Source of the DNA: the human T2T-CHM13v2.0 reference genome, Homo sapiens
Direction: 5' to 3' (one strand)
NCBI RefSeq assembly: GCF_009914755.1
Contig: NC_060930.1
DNA length: 64,000 nt
Shown piece after piece: positions 1 through 11,306 of this stretch (position 1 is the first letter of the stretch; each line of letters begins with the position of its first letter). A program made the position numbers and the translations under genes. The notes below the pieces were generated by a model that was not told the origin of the DNA, ran no database searches, and saw only the letters and a program-made list of their open reading frames with translations.

Positions 1-363
1 AGCATAGAAAAAACAAAAAAAAAAAAACTGGAAAAATCACTTGATTAGGTACAAGTAGGAATCTGCATTATTCGGGCATAGTGTGATAAGGCATTTGCCT
101 TTTTTGGGCATGATGCAATAAGGCATTTGCTTTATTTGGGCAAGTTCTAATCAGTTGGTTGCCTGCTGTTAGCTGAATCTTGACTGTTTGCAATGGGCTG
201 AATTGCAAACAGGGCTGTAACTATGTGTAACTATTTGTTACAAAAAATATACTCCTAAATTACATTGTGGTTTGTTTACCTACTAAGTTAGGTGGAGTTT
301 GTTTGTAGGAACTCAAAGTAGGAGACAGCCTCAGGTTAATGTCCTCTTGCTTATGTAATTTAA
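1..363 (-). mobile_element. ERV1-class LTR fragment (MER57/MER51-like), truncated by the window start
   Basis: Ends with tactaagttaggt...actcaaagtaggagacagcctcagg...aatttaa and contains repeated ataaggcatttgc-tt-tttgggca units, resembling the reverse complement of MER57/MER51-type LTRs. Subfamily uncertain. Confidence 0.6.
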
Positions 364-1251
364 TGAGTTTATATGCAGTGAAGCCTGGTTTTCCTTAAGG
401 TTTGTGTTTTATAGAAGAATGGAGCTCCTAGAAAATAAGAAACCTATCTTTCTGTAATTAAGTGAGATGTATTTTTTCCACTTGCATTCTTCTCATAGAG
501 ACATGATTATAGAAAAATAATCAATCTGTGATGATGATCTCTGAGCTGAATATTAACATCTTTTAAAATGGATTTTTCAGATCTTTAATTGGCAACTGAT
601 AGTATTTGGCTTTGTGATGAACTTTTGGATGGACATCATTTAATTCTTACCAATTTGTTTTATTTTCCAAATATTGTCTTATCAACATTGTTTGTACTAA
701 GTCATTAATTTTTTAGTAGATACAGATTTTAACTTTGACTTCAGCCTTAAATGAAATTGTCTATACAGCGTTTTTTTTCCCCAAATGCTGATTTAAACTT
801 TTTATTGAAGATATCACTAAAAAATTATCTTCTTATTTGGATTAATTGCTCAATACATTTTGTTAGGTGAGTTTCCAGTTACATTTTTAAAGGTTTTATG
901 AAAGGCATTCTGTGATATGGAATATTATATGAAATGATCAAATGTAGTAGGGTTTATACTTAATTTTACAAAATTTAAATGCCTACCCACATTTAGTGGT
1001 TAATTTAATGCATTAGTTTTAAGTACAACATGTATCATGAATAGTTTTTGTTGAATAGTGCCCAATACCCTTCCTTTTATTTGATTTTTAAATGGTGTAT
1101 ACTTTTTAAAAAGTAAAATACCCAATATAAATATAAATTTTGTGCAACATTTATATTGAGCTAGTTCATTACAGTCCAATAAATCCTCAAATAGGAAAAG
1201 AGTAACTCATTTAAAAATGACTGCTGCTTTACCTGTTTTTTATGTTTAAAG

Positions 1252-1260
1252 GTAAAAAAG
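1252..1260 (+). other. Candidate 9-nt microexon GTAAAAAAG, or a recursive splice site
   Basis: tgac(1218-1221)tgctgctttacctgttttttatgtttaaag|GTAAAAAAG|gtaagc: T-rich tract, AG acceptor and strong donor. Sequence motifs only. Confidence 0.25.
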
Positions 1261-1727
1261 GTAAGCCTAAATTCCATCTATAAAAGTGCCTTTTTGATGT
1301 GTTTTATACACTTCTCTGCATCTCAGATCCTTTTAATGTTTTCAGAAAATGTACTGAACGACCAGATGTTGGAATTTGAGTTACCTGGAATTCTCTTGTT
1401 GACAGTTTATAAACATAACTTGCATTTTTCTTAAAGTCACATGATATATTTGTTTTACTTCCTAAGATCTAATGTATAGAAAGGCACAGCAACTTAATTT
1501 CAGTAGTGATTATTTAGAGCTATAGCATCTGAATATAAATAAGAAAAAATGTGGTTATTCTGCTGAACTTATAACATCACCATTCATCTGTAAATGAGAA
1601 GGTTGGGAGATTTTGTTTCCTCCATTGACTTAACCTAACATTGTCTGTTCATTATCTTCTTTACTTAATATTTGTTTGTGTACTTTTGAGGAACAGAATT
1701 CCAGAGGCCAAATAAAATAAAAGCTTA

Positions 1728-1764
1728 TCTATTAGTCAGGATTTTCCAGAAAAACAGAACCAAT
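1728..1764 (-). mobile_element. MLT2 (ERVL) LTR, outer piece
   Basis: tctattagtcaggattttccagaaaaacagaaccaata matches the MLT2 terminus tgtattagtcagggttctccagagaaacagaaccaata. The LTR resumes at about 7088. Confidence 0.8.
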
Positions 1765-1785
1765 AAAGAACAAAATAGAGGCATC

Positions 1786-2568
1786 ATGCTACCTGACTTC
1801 AAACCATACTACACGGCTACAGTAACCAAAACGGCATGGTACTGGTACCAAAACAGATATATAGATCAATGGAACAGAACAGAGACCTCAGAAATAACAC
1901 CACATATCTACAACAATCTGATCTTTGACACACCTGATAAAAACAAGCAATGGGGAAAGGATTCCCTATTTAATAAATGGTACTGGGAAAACTGGCTAGC
2001 CATAGGCAGAAAACTGAAACTGGACCCCTTCCTTACACCTTATACAAAAATTAACTCAAGATGGATTGAAGACTTAAATATAAAACCCCAAACCATGAAA
2101 ATCCTAGAAGAAAACCTAGGCAATACCATTCAGGACATAGGCATGGGCAAAGACTTTATCACTAAAACACCAAAAGCAATTGCAACTAAAGCAAACATTG
2201 ACAAATGGAATCTAATTAAACTAAAGAGCTTCTGCACAGCAAAAGAAACTGTCATCAGAGTGAACAGGCAACCTACAGAATGGGAGAAAATTTTGACAAT
2301 CTATCCATCTGACAAAGGGCTAATATCCAGAATCTACAAAGAACTTAAACAAATTTACAAGAAAAAAACAAACCCCATCAAAAAATGGGTGAAGGATATG
2401 AACAGATACTTCTCAAAAGAAAACATTTTTGTGGCCAACAAACATATGAAAAAAAACTCATCATCACTGTTCATTAGAAAAATGCAAATCAAAACCACAA
2501 TGAGATACCATCTCATGCCAGTTAGAATGGTGATTATTAAAAAGTTAAGAAACAACAGATGCTGGTGA
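1786..2568 (+). pseudogene. L1 ORF2p C-terminal fragment (260 aa, no EN or RT domain)
   Basis: [58 protein letters not shown] are L1 ORF2p C-terminal motifs. Confidence 0.95.
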
Positions 2569-2845
2569 GGCTGTGGAGAAATAGGAACTCTTTTACACTG
2601 TTGGTGGGAGTGTAAATTCATTCAACCACTGTGGAAAACAGTGTGGTGATTCCTCAAGGATCTGGAACCAGAAATACCATTTGACCCAGCAATCCCATTA
2701 CAGGTTATATACCCAAAGGATTATAAATCATTCTACTATAAAGACACATGCACATGTATGTTTATTGCAGCACTGTTTACAATAGCAAAGACTTGGAACC
2801 AACTCAAATGCCCACCAATGATAGACTGGATAAAGAAAATGTGGC

Positions 2846-3133
2846 CATGATTCTGAGCAAACTATCGCAAGGACAGAAAACCAAACACCGCATGTTCTCA
2901 CTCATAGGTAGGAATTGAACAATGAGAACACTTGGACACAGGGTGGAGAACATCACACACTGGGGCCTGTCGTGGGGTGGGGGGAGGGGGAGGGATAGCA
3001 TTAGGAGATATACCTAATGTAAATGATGAGTTGATGGGTGCAGCACACCAACATGGCACATGTATACATATGTAACAAACCTGCATGTTGTGCATATGCA
3101 TGTACCCTAGAACTTAAAGTATAATTAAAAAAA
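2846..3133 (+). mobile_element. Short L1PA4/L1PA5-like 3' fragment nested in the older L1
   Basis: 3'UTR with ctgagcaaactatcgcaaggacagaaaacc, G-rich tract, taccctagaacttaaagtataat and poly-A. 14-bp TSD aaagaaaatgtggc at 2832-2845 and 3134-3147. Confidence 0.93.
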
Positions 3134-3529
3134 AAAGAAAATGTGGCACATATACACCGTGGAATACCATGCAGCCATAAAAAGGATGAGTTCATGTTCT
3201 TTGCAGGGACATGGATGAAGCTGGAAGCCATCATTCTCAGCAAACTGACACAGGAACAGGAAACCAAACACCGCAGTGAGTTGAACAGTGAGAACACATG
3301 GAGACAGGGAGGGGAACATCACACACCGGGGCCTGTTGCAGGGCGGAGTGCAACAGGAGGGAGAGCATTAGGAAAAATACCTAATGCATGCGGGGCTTAA
3401 AACCTAGATGACAGGTTGACAGGTGCAGCAAACCACCATGGCACATGTATAACTATGTAACAAGCCTGTACGTTCTGCACATGTATCCCAGAACTTAAAG
3501 TAAAATTTAAAAAATTGAAAAAAAAGAGA

Positions 3530-4205
3530 TTAAATATATACATATGTGTATATTTATGTATTATGTATACTATATGGAGATATTTACTTAATATATAACA
3601 CATATATACATAACATAATTTATGCATATATACTATATACATATATAGACATATACATATGTTAACTATATGTGATATATTACATATATGATGTATATAC
3701 ATATATAGTGTATATATACAATATACATGCATATACATATATACAATATAATATGATGTATTATATAAAAATATATAGGCACTATATATGTATATTGTAT
3801 ATAGTGCATATATACATATATTTTTATTGTATATAATGTGTATATATACAATATACATATATGATGTAAATATATAAAATATATGCCTATATACACTAAA
3901 TGTGTATATTGTATACATACACACATATATGATGTATATATAAAATACATGTATATATACACTATATATGTTTATTGTATAGTATATCTATGTATAGGTA
4001 CATGTATACTATACATAAACATATATTACATGATATAGTAATATATTGATGTATATGTATATATCATATATTTAATATATCAGTATATTACTATATCAAT
4101 ATATACACATGCTGTATATATGCATATATACACATACATATATGTATACAATGTATACATACATATATAGATATACATACATATGTTATGTATGTATATA
4201 TAAAC
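3530..4205. repeat. Degenerate (TA)n/(TATG)n/(TACA)n low-complexity array within the MLT2 LTR
   Basis: About 675 bp of alternating purine-pyrimidine, TA-rich sequence. Confidence 0.95.
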
Positions 4206-4206
4206 A

Positions 4207-7085
4207 CAGGCATTCCTGAGAGATATTGTGGATTTGATTTCAGAGCATCACAATAAAGCAAATATCACAATAAAGTGAGTTACACAATTTTTTTAGTTTC
4301 CCAGTGCATATAAAAGTTATGTTTACATTATGTTGTAGTCTATTAAATATGCAATAGCATTATATCTAAAAAAAAGTATGTACCTTAAGTAACAATACTT
4401 TATTGCTAAAAAATGCTAGTGATCTTCTGCGCCTTCAGTGAGGTGTAACCATTTTGCTGGTGGAGATTCTTGTCTGTATGTTGATGGCTGCTGACTGATT
4501 AGGATGGTAGTTGCTGAACATTGAGGTGGCTGTGACAGTTTCCTAAAAGAAGAAAATAATGAAGTATGCTGCATTGATTAACTCTTCCTTTCATGAAAGA
4601 TTTGTGTGTAGAAATCTCTGATGGCATTTTACCTACAGTAGACCTTCTTTCAAAATTGGAGTCAATCTTCTCAAAGCCTACTGTTGCTTTATCAGCTAAG
4701 CTTATGAAATGTCCTACATTCTTTGTTGTCCTTTCAACAATGTTCACAGCATCTTCACAGGATTACATTTTATCTCTAAGAAACTACTACTTTCTTTGCT
4801 CATCCATAAGAAGCAAATCCTAATCCATTCAAGTTTGATTGTGAGATTGCAACAATTCAGTCACATCATTGGGCTTCACTCGTAATTCTGGTTTTCCTGT
4901 TCTTTGTATCACATCTGCAGTTACATCTTCCACTAAAGTCTTCAATCCTTAAAGTCATCCATGAGGGTTGGAATCAGCTTCTTCCAAAATCTTGTTAACG
5001 TTGACATATTGATCTCATTCTATGAATCACGAATGGTTTTTTTTAATGACATGAAGAATGGTGAATCCTTTCCAGAATGTTTTAAATTTACTTTACCCAG
5101 TTGCATCCTAGGAATCATGATCTGTAGCAGCCATTGCCTTACAAAAATGTATTTCTTAACTAATAAGAATTGAAAGTTGAAATAACTCCTTGATCCATGG
5201 GTTGCAAGATAGATGCTGTGTTAGCAGGCATGGAATCAACATGAATCTTCCTGTATATACCCATCAGAGCTCTTGGGTGATTAGGTGCATTGTTAATAAA
5301 CAATAATATTTTGAAAGGAATCTTCTGAACAATGTATCTCAATACTGGGCTCAAAATATCCAGTAAACTATGCTGTAAACTAACATGCCATCATGAGGAT
5401 TTTTGTTCTTCCATTTACAGAGCAAAAGCAGAGTACACTTAACATAATTCTTAAGGGGCCTAGGATTTGTGTCATCATAAATAAGCATTAGCTTCAACTT
5501 CTAGTCACCAGCTGCATTAACCCTTAACAAAAGAGTCAGGCTGTCCTTCAAAGCTTTGAAGCTAGGTATTGACTTCTCTGCAGCTATGAAAGTCCTAGGT
5601 GACATCTTCTTTCAATAGAAGGCTGTTGTTTTCTATGTGGAAAATGTGTTGTTTAGCGTGGCCACCTTGTTCTGTGACCTTAGCTAGCTAGATCTTCTCA
5701 ACAACTTGCTGCAGCTTCTACATCAAGCACTTGGTGCTTCACCTTGCTGTTTTTTGTTATGGAGATGGCTTCTTTTCTTAAACCACACGAGCCAACCTTT
5801 GCTAACTTCCAGCTTTCCTTCTGCAACTTCCTCACCTCTCTCAGCCTTAATGTAATTGAAGGGAGTTAGGATTAACTCTGGATTAGGGTTTGGATTAACT
5901 CTTTTTCAGTTTGCCTTAAGAATACTCACCAGTGGCACTTGTGGCTGCAGCATTTACCCCAAAATAACTTTGCCAAGAAATATCTCACTTTTATTATTAT
6001 TTTTGCATCACTCTAGTACATCAACTTTGGAAACAAAAGACATCATTCTACTTATAACATTCTGTTTTTAGTAGTGGTATTTCCATTGACAAAATGTAGT
6101 AATTTTCGATCACTGAAAATGTCAAATCCTAGAAAACGCAGCATTTCTATGCGTAATGTTAACATCTTTCTTGAACAGTTATTGGCCGGATTCATTTGAT
6201 GAATTCAATTTTTCTGAAATAGATGATTCTGATGTTAGTTCTGTTTAGAAATAACTCCAAGAACAGTTTTTATATTTTATTTTCACACTAAAAATCAGTC
6301 AGATTTGCTTCAGCCTCAAAGAGTGTGTTTATGTAAATTTAAATGAGTGCTGGCAGAAAGCTGCACCTTTTTTTTTTTTCTTTCTAAATGGGAAAATTTA
6401 AGCAAATGTTGTGGCTGGTTTGACCTTCTATTCAGACTGCTAAAACTTTCTTCAAATCAGCAGTAAGGCTGTTTAACCTTCTTATTTTTCAAGTGTCCAC
6501 TGTAGCAGCACTTTTAATTTCCTTTAAGAACCTTTCCTTTGCATTCACAGCTTGGTTAACTGTTTGGGACAAAACTGTTTGGTATAGCTCAGCTTTCAAC
6601 ATGCCCTCCTCACTAAGCTTAATCATTTCTAGCTTTTGATTTTAAAGTGAGAGGTACGTGCCTCTTCCTTTTACTTGAATACTGAGAGGCCACTGTAGGG
6701 TTATTAATTGACCCAATTTTAATATTGTTGTATCTCAGAGAATAGGGGGACTCAAGGAGAGGATGAGAGATGGGGGAATGAGTAGAGCTGTCAGAACACA
6801 CAACTGATCAATTAAGTTTGCTGTCTTACATGGGTGCACTTCATGGCATCCCAAAACAATTACAATCGCAACATCAAAGATCACTGATCACAGATCACCA
6901 TAGCATATATAATAATAATGAAAATGTTTAAAATATTTCAAATGTTACCAAAATGTGACACAGAGACATGAAGTGAGCACATGCTGTAGACTTGCTCAAT
7001 GCAGTGTTGTCACAAATCTTCAATTTGTAGAAATCCCATCTGCGAAGAGCAATAAAATGAAGTGCAATAAAACAAGGTGTGCCTG
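4207..7085 (-). mobile_element. Full-length Tigger1 (TcMar-Tigger) DNA transposon with decayed transposase
   Basis: Termini caggcattcctgagagatattg (4207) and gcaataaaacaaggtgtgcctg|ta (7085). Transposase remnant [32 protein letters not shown] (ORF 5160-5354, minus). About 2.4 kb after removing MER75. Confidence 0.95.
5899..6397 (+). mobile_element. MER75 (non-autonomous piggyBac) nested in Tigger1
   Basis: gtttgccttaagaatactcacc...gcagcatttacccc...cagatttgcttcagcctcaaagag...ctaaatgggaaaa. TTAA TSD at 5895-5898 and 6398-6401. Confidence 0.92.
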
Positions 7086-7087
7086 TA

Positions 7088-7489
7088 TATAAAAATTAGA
7101 AATTGGCTTCTGTGATTACAGAGGTTGAGAAGTCCCACAATCTGCAATCTGCAAGCTAGAGAACCAGGAAAGCTGGTGGTATAATTCAGTTGAAGTGAAA
7201 GCCTGAGAGCCAGGGGCACTGATGTCTGAGGGCAGAAGAAGATGGGTGTCCAAGCTGAAACAGAGTGAATTTGCCTTTTCTTTGCCTTTTTGTTCCACTG
7301 GGCCCTCCCTCAATAGATTGGATGGTGCCCACTCACACTGGTGCGGGTGATCATTTTTACTCAGTCAACCAATTAAAATTCTAATCTCATCTAGAAACAC
7401 CCTCACAAACACACCCAGAAGCAATGTTTAACAGCTATCTGGGCATCCATTTGCCCAAACTGTTCATTTGTGACAAATTAGCCATCACA
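7088..7489 (-). mobile_element. MLT2 (B/C/D-type) LTR body, the 3' LTR of an ERVL provirus
   Basis: gagaagtcccacaatctgc...aaacaccctcacaaacacacccagaa...ttagccatcaca. The reverse-complement polypurine tract agtctgcccctt follows directly at 7490-7501. Confidence 0.9.
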
Positions 7490-8242
7490 AGTCTGCCCCT
7501 TGTCAACTTAGCACACATATACATCTCCTTAAATCAAATTTAATCTTCAAATAAAGATAATAACAAGGTCATAATTCTACCTAATATGATACAAGTATCC
7601 TGTGTAGAAACAAAAACATACTAATCCTTTCTTTAGATGAGGAGGTAAGTCCTTTAGTGATGTTTACTCTTCTTTTGATATCCCTTTACTTAAATATTAT
7701 CATGTAAAATTAACAATAGAGTCATTCCTCAGTATCCATGGGGGATTTGTTCCAGGAGCTCCTATGAATAACAAATCTGCAGGTGTCAAGTCCCTGACTG
7801 AAAATGGTGTAATATTTGCTTATAACCTATTCATGTCCTCTCATTTAATTTAAATAATCTCTAGATTACTTATAATACTTAACACATACAATGTAAATGC
7901 TATGTGAATAGTTGTTACACTGAATTGTTTAGGAAATAATCACAAGAAAAAAATCTGTGTATGTTCAGTACAGGTGCTTTTTTTCTCCAAAATATTTTCT
8001 ATTTGTTGTTGGTTGACCCCGTGGATGGTAACGTGTGGATACAAAGGACTGGCTGTGCTTAAATACTGATATGCATCTTATGTTAATACATATTGACTTA
8101 ACATAAGTTATGTAACATCTTATGTTAATGATAAGGAAATAGAAAAGAAAACAAAGATAGTTTGTTAATACAGGTATATTTACATGCAAACATATTCATA
8201 AAAATTAAGGAGGAAATACACATAACGATTAAATCCTCATTT
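7490..8242 (-). mobile_element. ERVL internal region, 3' end (interrupted by MER2)
   Basis: PPT, then cttgtcaactt...aaataaagataataacaaggtcataattc...aaggaggaaata...aaatcctcattt. It continues at about 16801. Confidence 0.8.
7719..8055 (+). mobile_element. MER2 (TcMar-Tigger MITE)
   Basis: ta|gagtcattcctcagtatccatgggggatttgttccagga...atctctagattacttataatac...tggatacaaaggactggctg. Confidence 0.88.
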
Positions 8243-8288
8243 TTTTTACTTTGGAAGAGTTCTTATACGTATGTTGCTTTTATTTATT

Positions 8289-8334
8289 ATTACCTTTAAT
8301 GGCAAAAACCGCGATTACTTTTGCACCAACCTAA
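8289..8334. mobile_element. Half MADE1 (HSMAR1-derived MITE; one TIR plus spacer)
   Basis: ttacctttaatggcaaaaaccgcgattacttttgcaccaacctaa|ta is the HSMAR1/MADE1 TIR followed by TA. Confidence 0.88.
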
Positions 8335-8340
8335 TATTTA

Positions 8341-8681
<341 letters not shown>

Positions 8682-11005
8682 TTAAAATATTATCATTTGG
8701 CAAACTGAAAATGATCCCATAACTGGCCACCCTGAGAGATCTTTTTGTTATAGCATCTACTACAAGTGAATGATCATCAAATTAGTAATGTGAAAAATTG
8801 GTTTTACCCAAAGAAGAATCTGAATTTTTGTATAGGAGCTATCATTTTTAAATTTTTAATTTAATTTTTGTGAGTACATAGTAGGTGTATGTATTGATGG
8901 GGTATATGAGATGTTTTGATACAAGCACACAATGTGTAATAATCACATCATGAAGAATAGGGTATCCATCCCCTCAAACATTTATCCTCTGTTACAAACA
9001 ATCCAATTATACTCTTTTAGTTATTTTAAAATGTATAATTATTATTGACTGTAGTCATCCTGTTGTGGTATCAAATAGTAGGCCTTATTCATTCTTCTAA
9101 TTTTTTGTACCCATTAACCATCCCCACCACCCCTCCAGCCCTAACTATCTTTCAACCGTTCTTCCAGTCTCTATGTCCATGAGTTCAATTGTTTCGATAT
9201 TTAGATCCCACAAATAAGTGAGAACATGAGATGTTTGTCTTTCTGTTCCTGGCTTATTTTACTTAATATAATTATCTCTAGTTCTACCCATGTTATTGTA
9301 AATGACAGGATCTCATTCTTTTTTATGGCTGAATAGTATTCCATTGTGTATATGTTCCACATTTTCTGTATCCTTTCATCCATTGGTGAACACTTAGGTT
9401 GCTTCCAAATTTTAGCTATAGTAAACAATGCTGCAATAAACATAGGAATATGTTTTTCATGTAAGTAAGTCTTTGATTTACTGATTTCCTTTCTTTTGGA
9501 TATATGCTCAGCAGTGGGATTTCTGGGTCATATGATAGCCCTATTTTTAGTTTTTTGAGGAACCTCCAAACTATTCTCCATAGTGGTTGTACTAATTTAC
9601 ATTTCCACCAATAGTGTACAAGTGTTCCCTTTTCTCCACATCCTCACCAGCGTTTGTTATTGCCTGTCTTTTGGATAAAAGCCATTTTAACTGGAATGAG
9701 ATGATATCTCTTTGTAGTTTTTATTTGCATTTCTCTGATGATCGATGATGTTAAGCACCTTTTCATATGCCTCTTGCCATTTGTATGTCTTCTTTTGAGA
9801 AATGTCTACTCAAATATTTTGCCTATTTTTCACTTGGATTATTAATTTTTTTTCCTGTAGAGTTGTTTGAGATCCTTATGCATTTTAGTTATTAATCCCT
9901 TGTCAGATGGGTAGTTTGCAAATATGTTTTCCCATTCTGTGGGTTGTCTCTGCTTTGTTGATTGTATCCTTTGCTGTGCAGAAGATTTTTAACTTGATGT
10001 GATCCCACTTGTCCATTTTTGCTTTGGTTGCCATACTTGTGGGGTATTACTCGAGAAGTCATTGGCCAGACCAATGACCTGAAGAGTTTACCAGTGTTTT
10101 TTTTGTAGTAGTTTCATAGTTGGAGGTCTTAGATTTAAGTCTTTAATCCATTTTGGTTTGATTTTTATATATGGCAAGACGTAGGGGTCTAGTTTCATTC
10201 TTCTGCATTTGGATATGCAATTTACCCAGAAGGATTTATTGAATAGATTGTCTTTTCTCCAGTGTATGTTCTCTGGGGAAAAAGACTTTGTAAAAATGAG
10301 TTCACTGTAGGTGTGTGGGTTTGTTTCTGGTTTTCCTATTCTGCTCCATTGGTCTATGTGTCTCTTTTTATGCCAATACCATGCGATTTTGGTTACTGTA
10401 ACTCTGTAGTGTAATTTGAAGTCAGATACTATGATCCCTCCAGTTTTGTTCTTTTTGCTCAGGATAGCTTTGGCTATTCTGAGTTTTTTGTTGTTCCATA
10501 AAAATTTTAGGATTGTATTTTCTATTTCTGTGAAGAATGTCACTGGTATTTTGATAGGGATTGCACTGAATCTGTAGTTTGCGTTGGTTAGTATGGACAT
10601 TTTAATAATACTGATTCTTCCTATTCAGGAACATGGAATGTCTTCCATATTTTTGTGTCCTCTTCAATTTTACTCATTAGTATTTTATAGTTTTCATTAT
10701 AGACATCTTTTACTTTGGTTAATTCATAGTTATTTAATTTTATTTGTGGCTATTGTCAATGGAATTACTTTTTTGATTTCTTTCCGAGATTGTTCACTGT
10801 TAGCATATAGAAATGCTACTGGTTTTTGTAGGTTGATTTTGTATCCTGCAACTTGACTGAATTTGTTTATCTATTCTAATAGTTTTTTGGGGGAGTTTTT
10901 AGGTTTTTCTAAATATAAGATCATATCATCTGCAAACAAGGATAATTTCATTTCTTTCTTTCCAGTTTGGATACCCTTTAGGTCTTTGTCTGATTGCTCT
11001 AGGTA

Positions 11006-11306
11006 GGCTATAGCCTGTGTTTTCTCAAAGCCCTGGGGCTCCACAATCAGAAGGTGGCAAGCTGGACAGGTCGGTGTCTTTTCCTTTAGGATAGCAAGCT
11101 CCCTCAGGTTCTGTGTTAATCTGGAGGTGCTATCTGATCTGGGAGCCAGGGACTAGAGTCAGAAACCTTAGAAGTCTCTCTGATGAAGTCTCTCTGGTGT
11201 TCTTTCATACTGTGGCTGAGCTGGCACTCAAACTACAAGACACAGTTCCTCCCACTCTTCCCTCCCCTTTCCAAAGGCAGAGGAGCCTCACCCCGTGGTC
11301 AATGCC
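11006..11306 (-). repeat. 301-bp direct copy of 15172-15472 (the element's own 5'UTR) inserted into ORF2
   Basis: Manual alignment gives 12 mismatches in 301 bp and no gaps. The ORF track shows near-identical peptides at 11113-11322 and 15279-15554. Confidence 0.97.

Larger units (their letters stand above)
1765..3525 (+). mobile_element. 5'-truncated L1PA8-L1PA10-like LINE-1 (ORF2 3' end, 3'UTR and A tail), interrupted at 2846-3147
   Basis: ORF2 C-terminal peptide at 1786-2568. 3'UTR has ctaatgcatgcggggcttaaaacctagatgac...cccagaacttaaagtaaaa. A-rich tail runs to 3525. Confidence 0.92.

Noticed and set aside
1786-2568. 260-aa ORF as a host gene
   Set aside because: It is the C-terminal part of L1 ORF2p in a 5'-truncated element, with no promoter, EN domain or RT domain.
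3397-3962. 175-aa and 98-aa Y/I/M/H-rich ORFs
   Set aside because: Translations of the TA-rich low-complexity array.
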